A model generated the notes under the pieces. That model was given only the letters and a program-made list of their open reading frames with translations. It was not told the origin of the DNA and searched no databases. 64,000 bases of DNA from positions 161,572,001 to 161,636,000 of the forward strand of contig NC_042998.1 in the NCBI RefSeq assembly GCF_006345805.1, in the 5' to 3' direction. A program made the position numbers and the translations under genes. This DNA is from Octopus sinensis. Taxonomy: Eukaryota. Shown here piece after piece: positions 1-9,930 of the stretch (positions are counted from its first letter, which is position 1; every line of letters begins with the position of its first letter).

Positions 1-379
1 TATCTATTATACAAATATACTCATACATGTCAATATTGTTTGTTTTGGCTACATTTTAGAAATGTAAGTGACCACATCGAGGACATACTGAATTTTAAGC
101 AAAAGATTAATGGATGATATTGCCAACAGGGTAATCAACATAAATGAATGATACTAAATTGTTATTAATCTCTTTGAGAGGATTACTCTAGTGATATATG
201 TGAGGCTTCAGAATTTGTCTCATTAAAGTAATAGATTCTTTATGGATTAAATCCAGTAAATTCCTTTTTTATTTTTTCATTTTCATTTTTATAAATTGGA
301 TACTTGCATTTATTTGTAATCAAACTAATTATTACTTACAGAATTAATTTTTTGAAGACTTTCATATTTATTAATTATT

Positions 380-616
380 TATTATTTCTTTACTACCCAC
401 AAGGGGCTAAATACAGAGGGGACAAACAAGGACAGACAAACGGATTAAGTCAATTATATCGACCCCAGTGCGTAAGTGGTACTTAATTTATCGATCCCGA
501 AAGGATGAAAGGCAAAGTTGACCTCGGTGGAATTTGAACTCAGAACATAACGGCAGATGAAATACGGCTACACATTTCACCAGGCATGCTAATGTTTCTG
601 CCAACTCACCACCTTA
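380..616 (-). mobile_element. tRNA-derived SINE, family B, near full length
   Basis: On minus: taaggtggtgagttggcagaaac..., B-box-like gagttcaaattcc, then the shared body gaggtcaactttgcctttcatcctttcggg. Reverse-complement match to the copy at 30812-31042, including the tail gtagtaaagaaata. Confidence 0.85.
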
Positions 617-744
617 TTAATTATTAATGACTATTTCTCACTTGAGTAGTCCCCACCTCCTGTTTTGTATATATGAAATTATATACTTTGAGATGTTTGA
701 AATAATATTTTAGCATATTACTTTCTTTTTTTCTCCTCCATTTC

Positions 745-1085
745 TTTCAGTCATTGGAGGCTGCCATGCTGGAGCAATGCCTTAAATAGGTTGGCTTTTT
801 TAAAGTCTGGTACTTGTTTTACCAGACTCTTTTGCTGAACTGTTAAGTTGAAAGAATGTTAACAAACCAACACCAGTTGTCAAATAGTGATGTGGGACAA
901 ACACAACACAAACGTTTATTCAACTAATCCCTTGCTGTGCAAGGCTTTGGTTGAATAAATTCTGATCCCCAGTACTTATTTTTTGTGAAGTCTAGCACTT
1001 ATTCTGTCAAGCTGTTTTGGCTGAATAGTTAAATTATAGGGACATAAACGAACTATCACCCTTATCCAGTGGTAAGAAACAAATA
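745..1085 (-). mobile_element. Two degraded 3' halves of SINE family A
   Basis: ttcagtcattgg..ccatgctggagca, ctcttttgctgaactgttaag and caacaccagttgtc match the family A 3' half seen at 30149-30534. Confidence 0.6.
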
Positions 1086-1090
1086 CATAT

Positions 1091-1195
1091 AGGAAGATAT
1101 GGGATGAAGTGCTGAAGTATAACCTCAGGACACTGAACTTTTCAGACGAGATGACAAAGGACCAAGATATCTGGTGCCTTGTTGTACTCAAGAAG
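1091..1195 (+). pseudogene. Old RTE LINE ORF C-terminal remnant
   Basis: Translates RKIWDEVLKYNLRTLNFSDEMTKDQDIWCLVVLKK, which aligns with KTW(D)EVVKHDLRTLGLTEEMTRDRDLWKYSVHEK at the end of the RTE ORF at 27165-27280. Confidence 0.7.
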
Positions 1196-1569
1196 AGCTG
1201 TCCTCTGCAGCAGAAGTGTTAAAGCCATTCTCCCTGGTGAAGAGGATTGACTTATGAGAGTTCTGTGCTTGTGCCATTTAAAAAGAGCACTTTTTGCCAG
1301 CATTACATCCTGAATGTTTTGCTATGTTAAGGGTGAGAGGTATCCAGAGGATGTATATGGCTACTTTTGATTACATGGGTAACTAATACAATTAGTAGAA
1401 TTGTATTTGGTACCCTTCCTGCAAAAACATCTTCAACTTTGAGAGACCGCTGCAGAGTGTAACTGGAGAATTATTAGGCTGTTATTTATATAGCCATGTA
1501 GAGGTACCTTGATTGGTAGTAGTTATTTAGAAATATGAAAGGTATAAAGAACAGAATATAATAATAATA

Positions 1570-2104
1570 ATACTCTTTCTACTCGAGGCATAAGGCCTAA
1601 AATTTGAGGGAGGTGGGTGTAACCAGCTTACTTATATAATGTGTACTTTTCCTTCATTGGACACTAAACTTTGCTTGCGAAATTGAAATCGCAATCAAAT
1701 TCGATGACTGGCATCCGTGCTAGTGGAGCGCTAAGAGTACCACTGGAGCATGATCGTTGCCAGAGCAACAAACTGGCTTCTGTGCTGGTGGCACGTAAAA
1801 GCACCCACTACACTCTCAGAGTGGTTGGTGTTAGGAAGGGCATCAAGCTGTAGAAACTCTACCAGATCAGACTGGAGCCAGGTGCAGCCATCTGGTTCAC
1901 CAGATCTCAGTCAAATCGTCCAGCCCATGCTAGCATGGAAAACGGACGTTAAACGATGATGATGATGATGATGATGATGATGATCCTGAAGGGATAAAAG
2001 GCAAAGTCAACCTCAGTGGAATTTGAACTCAGAACACAAAGACAGATGAAATGCGACTGAGCATTTTTGTCTTATGTGCTAATGATTCTGCCTGTTCACA
2101 ACTT
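1570..2104 (-). mobile_element. SINE family B split by a later RTE 3'-end insertion (pieces about 1570-1625 and 1985-2104)
   Basis: Tail piece (tactctttctact..aggcctaaaatttgaggg) and head piece (aaggcaaagtcaacctcagtggaatttgaactcag...gattctgcc) lie on either side of the RTE fragment. Confidence 0.7.
1650..1984 (+). mobile_element. RTE LINE 3' end with (GAT)n tail
   Basis: gcacgtaaaagcacccactacactc...catgctagcatggaaaacggacgttaaac(gat)n matches the 3' end of the long RTE copy at 26338-27932. Confidence 0.85.
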
Positions 2105-2110
2105 AAATAA

Positions 2111-2111
2111 A

Positions 2112-2146
<35 letters not shown>

Positions 2147-3967
2147 TAATAATAATGATAATAAATGCCCTGATGCAGTACCAGGCAGTGGCTCTCATGG
2201 CTTCTGATCTTAACTGATTGGAAGTGTTATCATGTACATTGTTTTGTCTTGGTATAAAAGATGGGCTACAGCAAATATTCTGCTCAATACCACAGATTTG
2301 CTTGTCAGTTGTTTGACCTTAACCAGTTGAGCATGTCCCTTAGTGGCTGACGATATGTGCATCTCTGATCACGAGCAGAAGTAGTGGGGGAGCATCATAG
2401 CCATGTGTTGAGAGGGATGCTTTGGGGTTTGAATAGTTCACCTCTGGAAACATGGGTGGTTCTTTCAACATCCTTAAACAACCCTTATTCGGGGACCGTT
2501 TGAGCGGGATGGGCTACTCAACCTGAAGAAAATTCAAACTGGGCCCCACCTGCAAGGTCATGTGCTGTTTATCTTGATATGAGATCACCATGTCGCGCAC
2601 ATATGGTTGTGATGCATGTGCCTGGTGTACCTTTATCAGACGGGTAGTCATGATGGGTATATTGGGCTTCGTATATTTTACCCCAGTGTCACTTTGATGG
2701 CATGAACTGCTCTCTCACTCAATAATGATAATAATAATAATAATATAATAATAATAATAATAATGATAATAATAATGATAATAAATGCCCTGATGCAGTA
2801 CCAGGCAGTGGCTCTCATGGCTTCTGATCTTAACTGATTGGAAGTGTTATCATGTACATTGTTTTGTCTTGGTATAAAAGATGGGCTACAGCAAATATTC
2901 TGCTCAATACCACAGATTTGCTTGTCAGTTGTTTGACCTTAACCAGTTGAGCATGTCCCTTAGTGGCTGACGATATGTGCATCTCTGATCACGAGCAGAA
3001 GTAGTGGGGGAGCATCATAGCCATGTGTTGAGAGGGATGCTTTGGGGTTTGAATAGTTCACCTCTGGAAACATGGGTGGTTCTTTCAACATCCTTAAACA
3101 ACCCTTATTCGGGGACCGTTTGAGCGGGATGGGCTACTCAACCTGAAGAAAATTCAAACTGGGCCCCACCTGCAAGGTCATGTGCTGTTTATCTTGATAT
3201 GAGATCACCATGTCGCGCACATATGGTTGTGATGCATGTGCCTGGTGTACCTTTATCAGACGGGTAGTCATGATGGGTATATTGGGCTTCGTATATTTTA
3301 CCCCAGTGTCACTTTGATGGCATGAACTGCTCTCTCACTCAATAATGATAATAATAATAATAATATAATAATAATAATAATAATGATAATAATAATGATA
3401 ATAAATGCCCTGATGCAGTACCAGGCAGTGGCTCTCATGGCTTCTGATCTTAACTGATTGGAAGTGTTATCATGTACATTGTTTTGTCTTGGTATAAAAG
3501 ATGGGCTACAGCAAATATTCTGCTCAATACCACAGATTTGCTTGTCAGTTGTTTGACCTTAACCAGTTGAGCATGTCCCTTAGTGGCTGACGATATGTGC
3601 ATCTCTGATCACGAGCAGAAGTAGTGGGGGAGCATCATAGCCATGTGTTGAGAGGGATGCTTTGGGGTTTGAATAGTTCACCTCTGGAAACATGGGTGGT
3701 TCTTTCAACATCCTTAAACAACCCTTATTCGGGGACCGTTTGAGCGGGATGGGCTACTCAACCTGAAGAAAATTCAAACTGGGCCCCACCTGCAAGGTCA
3801 TGTGCTGTTTATCTTGATATGAGATCACCATGTCGCGCACATATGGTTGTGATGCATGTGCCTGGTGTACCTTTATCAGACGGGTAGTCATGATGGGTAT
3901 ATTGGGCTTCGTATATTTTACCCCAGTGTCACTTTGATGGCATGAACTGCTCTCTCACTCAATAATG

Positions 3968-4000
<33 letters not shown>
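2111..4000. repeat. Tandem trimer: about 560-bp unit plus (AAT)n spacer, period exactly 620 bp
   Basis: ataaatgccctgatgcag starts at 2161, 2781 and 3401; units end ...tctctcactc at 2720, 3340 and 3960. No differences seen between units by eye, and the two internal spacers share the same irregularities. Confidence 0.95.
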
Positions 4001-4002
<2 letters not shown>

Positions 4003-5181
4003 AAGAAGAAGAAGAAGAAGAAGAAGGGTTTCAAATTTCGGCACAAGGCCAGCAATTTAAGAGGAGAGGGTAGGTTGATTACATTGGCTTCCAGTGCTAA
4101 TAATTGCTAATATAGCAGAAACAAAAAATTTCTGTAATAATTGGAGTTAAAGGCTAGCTGGATCACCTTTTGATAGACTAGCTGCTTAAATTTTATCTAT
4201 GATAACAAAAGCTTTCTAGTTTCAAACTTTCTACTCTTCTATACTTGGTATGACCTCTAATTATTTTTCCGTACATTTTCAACATTCTGGGAGAGACTTC
4301 TTTTATTTTGTTTGCTTGAAAAAGAGGGGAAATATTGTTGCCAGTTTTAAGGCTCTTGGCTGGGAAGTTAAGTTCCAGTAAGATAGCTATAAGCATGTTT
4401 CAATCTTATTTTGTCCTTTTCTGCAAAGTATAGTCTTCTCAAACTTGTGAGTCTGTAGTAGTCACCCTGCTTGGTAACAAATATCAAATTTTCCCCCTAA
4501 TCTGTGAAACCAATTCCTAATTTCTTGAAATTATTTCCCTCTTTCATTTGAGAGTTAATAGTAATTATCACCAGGTGTTTTTATTTTCTTTCAGCAAAAA
4601 AAAAAAAAAAAAAAAATCACAACTCCTTGAGGATTTTTTCCTTATGTTATCCAGTATAGTTTATGGTATATAAAGTCTTTGCATTAAATAGACTGTCAAT
4701 TTTACATATTCTATTTTTACAGTCTCTACATTTTAATTAGTAGATCCTTTTATTTGGAGTAATATGAGCTACTCAAAAGTCACTTAAACATTAATATAAA
4801 ACAGCTAACAACATGGATCAACTGAAGTCACTTAAGCTTCTTAAAGTACACATTTTCTCTCTACTCTTTATTCCTTCCTCGCATCTCTCACTTCCTTATA
4901 ACAAACATCACCTATCTTGGCAATACATTCATTAAATCACACTGCTGTGCCCACTAATCTCATGAAATCCCTGGAATGTCGTGGTCCTTGGCTTCTAAGG
5001 TAGCAGATCTACTGTCCTATTGTTCAGTTTATACTACTAATACCCAAACCACCTGGACAATTGGACCAAGTATGTCCTGATAATTAAACAGGATTACTAT
5101 TATACTGTATCATATTTTAGGACAATAAGTTTCCTCACTCTTTTGAAAATAGAAAATAATGTTTTTCTAAAATAAATATGT

Positions 5182-6346
5182 TGTGGGGATGAGGGCCATG
5201 ATGTCAATGGTCAAGGGACTGACCGGAAGAGGAAGCTTGAGAAGGGAAATGCAGCGAGGAGGGGGACAGGACATGGTTGTCCTCTTTTGTTTTTTTGTCA
5301 CCCTCAGGGTCATGAGAGTCGTCATGCAGCCCATGTCCATGAAGGCCTTAAACATGTTTCCCCTGACCATGATCTCAACCACAGGCAGTGACTTCATTAA
5401 CACCTCTACTCGTTTGCAAGGGAAGTTTGAGAGGCAACAACCTCCCCATGGCCTTTTCCCTGGCTACAATTCGGGCAATATGCCTAGTCTGTTTGCACTG
5501 GTAGCAAACTGGTCCAGGCTCCATACAGTCCCTCGTCATGTGCAGTCCTTGGCACTTAAAACACCAGCCTGTGAACAGCCACTGTCATTCCACAGCAGAT
5601 CTCTTTTCGTCCTTCACTGGCCGTTATGCAGATTCGTGGGCTTCTGCCCAGTGTATTGTGTCAACACATAGGCTTGAATGATGAGCTTGCTCATTGACAT
5701 TTTGTTGCAACCTGGAAACTGTTGTAGTCACACCAACACATCGTCAGGAAAGCCATTCACAAAAGCCTACTTTCTGAAGTCCCTCACCGATAAGACCAGA
5801 CAACCAGCATCCGTACCTCTACAGCATATTCATCAACCTGTTCCCAAAAGTGGCATACTCTCCATCTGTGTAATCCTCTCTCAAGTGCTGCTTAATCTTC
5901 ACCACGCTCAGTTGTTCTTCATCCATTTCGAGGTACAGTGCCAGTGCACTCCCCTCCAAATACAGGGTCATGAGGCTCACTACATCTTCAATGCCTTGTA
6001 GCCTGGCCACAACTTTGACCTTTCGAATCCAGGCTACTACACAAAGGGACAACGAAATTGCTGAAATAGCTTGTTGTACGTGGGAGATGAAAAGAGGTTC
6101 ACCTACCTTCCTCTCTCATCTGCATCCATCTAGTAGTAGTTACTCCGGCGATCCTGCTCTACTCCATCACCCAATATAAGCAGCTGTTATCTCACCAGCC
6201 TGAGAGCGAATTCCCCTGACATCCGTTCACAATACCTCAGCCGGCCAAAAGAGGGCAACCCTCTGCTGTCGCCCCCCCTCACTTCCTCTTTTGTCAGTCC
6301 CTTGACCATTGACAGTATGGCCCTCTTCTTCCGGCTCAACCCCACA
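5182..6346 (-). mobile_element. Gypsy/Ty3-type LTR-retrotransposon derivative with inverted LTR-start termini and 5-bp TSD (TATGT)
   Basis: Both ends read TGTGGGG(a/t)TGAG...ggccat..tgtcaatggtcaagggactgac..aagaggaag...ctcttttg inward (5182-5289 on plus, 6346-6246 on minus). tatgt at 5177-5181 and 6347-6351. gag and protease remnants inside. Confidence 0.75.
5300..6050 (-). pseudogene. Decayed gag (two CCHC zinc knuckles) plus aspartic protease start
   Basis: Minus-strand pieces VVAWIRKVKVVARLQGIEDVVSLMTLYLEGSALALYLEM (gag capsid-like), CFKCQGLHMTRDC and CYQCKQTRHIARNC-like knuckles (the second broken by a frameshift), and LPVVEIMVRGNMFKAFMDMGCMTTL (degenerate D[TS]G protease motif). Stops and frameshifts present. 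Confidence 0.8.
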
Positions 6347-6351
6347 TATGT

Positions 6352-6570
6352 AAAACAGGATATATATATAGATGTGTGTGTGTGTTTGTGTCTATATATA
6401 TATGAAACATGGAGTAGATGAAACAGGGACAACTGATGAAGGGGAATATTCTTTATGTTGCATGTCCCATTTCTCTATTTTTTTTTGTTCGAAAATGTTT
6501 TCATTTTTATGTTTTCGTTTCTCATTATGTTTAATGTTTTTTTGATGTCCTGTACCCATATATGCATGTA
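6352..6570 (+). mobile_element. Penelope-like-element-associated remnant with partial hammerhead motif
   Basis: gggaca-a-CTGATGA-a-gggg aatatt cttt...tgtccc: stem I 6426-6431/6463-6468, core 6433-6439, no GAAA. Similar to the reverse complement of 44753-44960 (ggagtagat...gacaactgatgaa...gtcctgtacc..atgcatgtatat). Confidence 0.5.
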
Positions 6571-6815
6571 TATATACATATATATGTAGGTATGTACATA
6601 TATGTATGTATATATATGCATATATTTATATATTATTTATATTATATCTATATCTATCTATCTATCTATATATATATATATATATTTTGTTTTTGGATTT
6701 GGTTTGCAAGATTCTTTATGAGTTTGTATGTTGAAGCATATTCTGTTGTGTCTAGGAGAGTTATTTTCTTTTTGTACCTTATAATGTAACACTCTCCCCA
6801 GACACAACAGTATAT

Positions 6816-6854
<39 letters not shown>

Positions 6855-7245
6855 TCTTTTATTCTTTTACACGTTTCAGTCATTTGACTACAGTGACTCA
6901 TCATTTGAAAGCTTTTATCCATCATGCCAGTTTCTTATGCTCAACTTTCCAATTGCAAATAATGTTTAGTAGTTTTTAGGAAAAACATTTAACATGCTCA
7001 ATAGAAATTAGTTGTTGATACTTGGAAAAGTAATTTTACATCTAATCAAGTGGTTGCAGTAGACTAGCCCATGCCTTAATCTATACTTTTTATTAATTAT
7101 TAAAACACCACACCTACTGGAGTTGTTGTCTGGGAGACTTACATAGTCACAAAGACATAACAATTTAGTCAGCTCTTCTAATTTATGGGTGGCTGGAAAA
7201 CTATAAAAAATATGATGAACAGCTTTGTGCTGTGAGAAAACAACG

Positions 7246-8104
7246 TTTTTGACACATCCTGTTGGCACCCAGGTAGAAAATTGTTTATATCTTAAGATTA
7301 GTGATCCCAGAGGTTATGCTGTGTTTGCATGAGTAAAATTATAAGATTCCTTCTCCAAGAATTTCCATATGATCACCCATCCTTATAGCCTTAACTGAAT
7401 TACTAATGTAAAAAATCTTCTTTGAAATAACTAATTGTTTTAATATTTCAATTCTATGCTCTTTTTAACTTTCTGAAATAGTTTAGAACATTTTAAGTTG
7501 AATAAGATCAGAGGTTTTACCACATTTCATAATCCAATTTGGTGTTCTAATAATGGTCAATATGTTCATTAACTTTCCAGCCAAATTTATTTTGTTTCTT
7601 AAAAGAGGGTCACACATACTTCGTGAGGTATACTGATATTTGTGGTAGTTTTATTTTCCAGTTTCAGATTGGAATCGTGACAAATAAATGTTATCACTCT
7701 CCTTGATCTTATGAATATTGTATTAATAAGTGAATATTTCTTGTAGATATGAAGCTTTGAAAGCATAACTGAAACCCTTAACATATTGACCATTATTAGC
7801 ACACCAAATTGGATTATGAAATGTGGTAAAACCTCTGATCTTATTCAACTTAAAATGTTCTAAACTATTTCAGAAAGTTAGAAAGAGAATAGATAGAATT
7901 GAAATTTTGAAACAATTAGTTATTTCAAAGAAAATTTTTTACATTAGTAATTCAGTTAAGGCTATAAGGATGGTTGATCATATGGAAATTCTTGGTGAAG
8001 GAATCTTATAATTTTACTCATGCTAACACAGCATAACCTCTGGGATCACTAAGTTTTAGACATAAACAATTTTCTATCTGGGTGCCAACAGGATGTGTCA
8101 AAAA
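7246..8104. mobile_element. Foldback/MITE-like element with about 320-bp terminal inverted repeats
   Basis: Left arm 7246-7566 (tttttgacacatcctgttggcacccag...) is the reverse complement of the right arm 7780-8104 (...ctgggtgccaacaggatgtgtcaaaaa) with scattered mismatches. Non-coding spacer of about 213 bp. No clear TSD. Confidence 0.9.
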
Positions 8105-8301
8105 TGGTAACATACAATTGCTTTATAGCTACAAGTAAAAAGTCACCACAAATGAAAACATAACCAGTAAATGGTGTGGTTACAATACTGTTAGGTACAA
8201 GACTATTGGGGCTTATGGTTAGGGTTCAAGCTGAAATTATATTTCAGCTATTGTAGCTGAAAACTGGTATCATTATCCTATGTTCATCTAATGTGAACTG
8301 T

Positions 8302-8640
8302 GTGGCTGTGTGGTAAGTGACCTGCTTACCAACCACATGGTTCTTGTGAGTGGATTTGGTAGATGGAAACTGAAATAAGCCCGTTGTATATAATTATATA
8401 TATATATATGAATGTGTGTGTATATGTTTGTGTGTCTGTGTTTGTACCCCCAACATCGCTTCACAACCGATGCTGGTGTGTTTACATCTCCGTGACTTAG
8501 CAGTTCAGCAAAAGAGACTGATAGAATAAGTACTAGGCTTCCAAAGAATAAGTCCTGGGGTCAATGTAATTGACTGCATCCCACCACACAAAAGAAAAGG
8601 AAAAATTCAGGCCTTCTGCCTATAGTAGAAAGGATTATTA
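8302..8640 (+). mobile_element. Chimeric SINE: internally deleted family A body ending in a family B tail
   Basis: Family A head (gtggctgtgtggtaag) and body up to gaataagtcctggggtc, then aatgtaattgac...ttcaggccttctgcctatagtagaaaggattatta as in family B. Confidence 0.7.
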
Positions 8641-8670
8641 TATGTTTGCCTAATATTATTTAGACAATCA

Positions 8671-8880
8671 GCGCTGCCTTGACTGGCCTCTGTTCCGGTG
8701 GCACATAAAAAGCACCCACTACACTCATGGAGTGGTTGGCATTAGGAAGGGCATCCAGCTGTAGAAACACTGTCAGATCAGACTGGAGCCTGGTGCAGCC
8801 TCTTGGTTTCCCAGACCCTGGTTGAACCGTCCAAGCCATGCTAGCACGGAAAACGGACGTTAAACGATGATGATGATGAT
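8671..8880 (+). mobile_element. RTE LINE 3' end with (GAT)n tail
   Basis: gcacccactacactc...gctagcacggaaaacggacgttaaac(gat)n. Confidence 0.85.
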
Positions 8881-9049
8881 GAACATAATGTCAATGCATG
8901 CTTCTGGTGAACATTATTTCATATATGGTGTTGCAAACGTCCACAAGTGCATAATTTAGCAACAGTTCATTACTGAATCGCCAGCTCGGACACCATGAAC
9001 AGGTGATATACTCTTAACCTTTCAGTTAAGTATATCCCAGTTCTTGACA

Positions 9050-9170
9050 AGTCCTTATTTTATAGACTCTGAAAGAGAGAAAGGCATAGTCTACCTTGGG
9101 TAAGATTTGAACTCAGAACATAGATGACTGGAACTAAATGCTGCAAAGCATTTACATTCTGCAAATCTAC
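9050..9170 (-). mobile_element. Degraded SINE family B 5' part
   Basis: aaaggcatagtctaccttgggtaagatttgaactcagaac resembles family B. Confidence 0.55.
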
Positions 9171-9624
9171 CACTTTTTTTTTTTCGTTTTTTGCTTAAAT
9201 GTATAGCTAAGTGGATAGGGTACTTAGCAACCAGCTGGAATGTCAGTTTATCTATGACAAGCAATATGTTGAATCATTGACTAAAGAGTGCAAGTTTATT
9301 CAAGAAAAATGGCAAGAAGATTACATTTTGAGTGGTAACTCTACATCTGCAATGAGAGAAAAGATTTGTCACACAATATTTGACTTTAGGGAGCATGTGT
9401 AATCAACCTTACACTGGTGTAGAGAAATGAATATAAAAAATTGCTGAAACTAACTGAGAAAATGCAAACATTAGCAGAGGAAAAACATATTTTATTTTCT
9501 TTGTAAATATTAACTGAATGTAAAAGAAGCTCATTGTCATATGTGATTGATAATGATTAGAAATCTAGTATAGAAATATTTTTTGTATTTATTGAGGGAA
9601 TCATTATATATGGAAGGGAATACG

Positions 9625-9930
9625 GCTATAGGATTGTGTGGCAAGCAGTTTGCTTCTCAACCACATGGTTCGAGGCTCAATCCCACTGTGTGGCATCTTT
9701 GGCAAGTGTCTTCTACCATAGCTTCAGGATGACCAAAGCTTTGTGAGTAGATTTGGTAGATGGAAACTAAAAGAAGCCCATCATGTGTGCGCGTGTGTGT
9801 ATTCCACCACTACTTGATGAGTGTTGGTTTGCTTACGTCCCTGTCACTCAGTGGTTCACAAAAGCAGAGAGCTATAATAAATACCAGGGTTCAAAAGGAA
9901 AAACTAAGTCCTGAGGTCGATTCATTCATC
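9625..9930 (+). mobile_element. SINE family A
   Basis: tRNA-like head (gtgtggcaagcagtttgcttctcaaccacatggttcgaggctcaatcccactg) and core ggcaagtgtcttctac...gtagatggaaact. Confidence 0.8.

Noticed and set aside
2161-2240. Possible hammerhead or HDV-like ribozyme at the start of the 620-bp unit
   Set aside because: The core reads CTGATGC with no downstream GAAA. An HDV-like fold gives a partial P1 and P3 but lacks the GG/P1.1, P4 and catalytic-C arrangement.
2111-4000. CRISPR-like repeat-spacer interpretation of the tandem arrays
   Set aside because: Eukaryotic context, 560-bp identical units with microsatellite spacers, no unique spacers and no cas genes.
9211-9402. Protein-like ORF DRVLSNQLECQFIYDKQYVESL... 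as a 123-nt symmetric exon (9212-9334)
   Set aside because: Needs a weak AAG acceptor just downstream of a better TAG that puts a stop in frame. The T-tract may belong to the adjacent SINE. No homology recognised.
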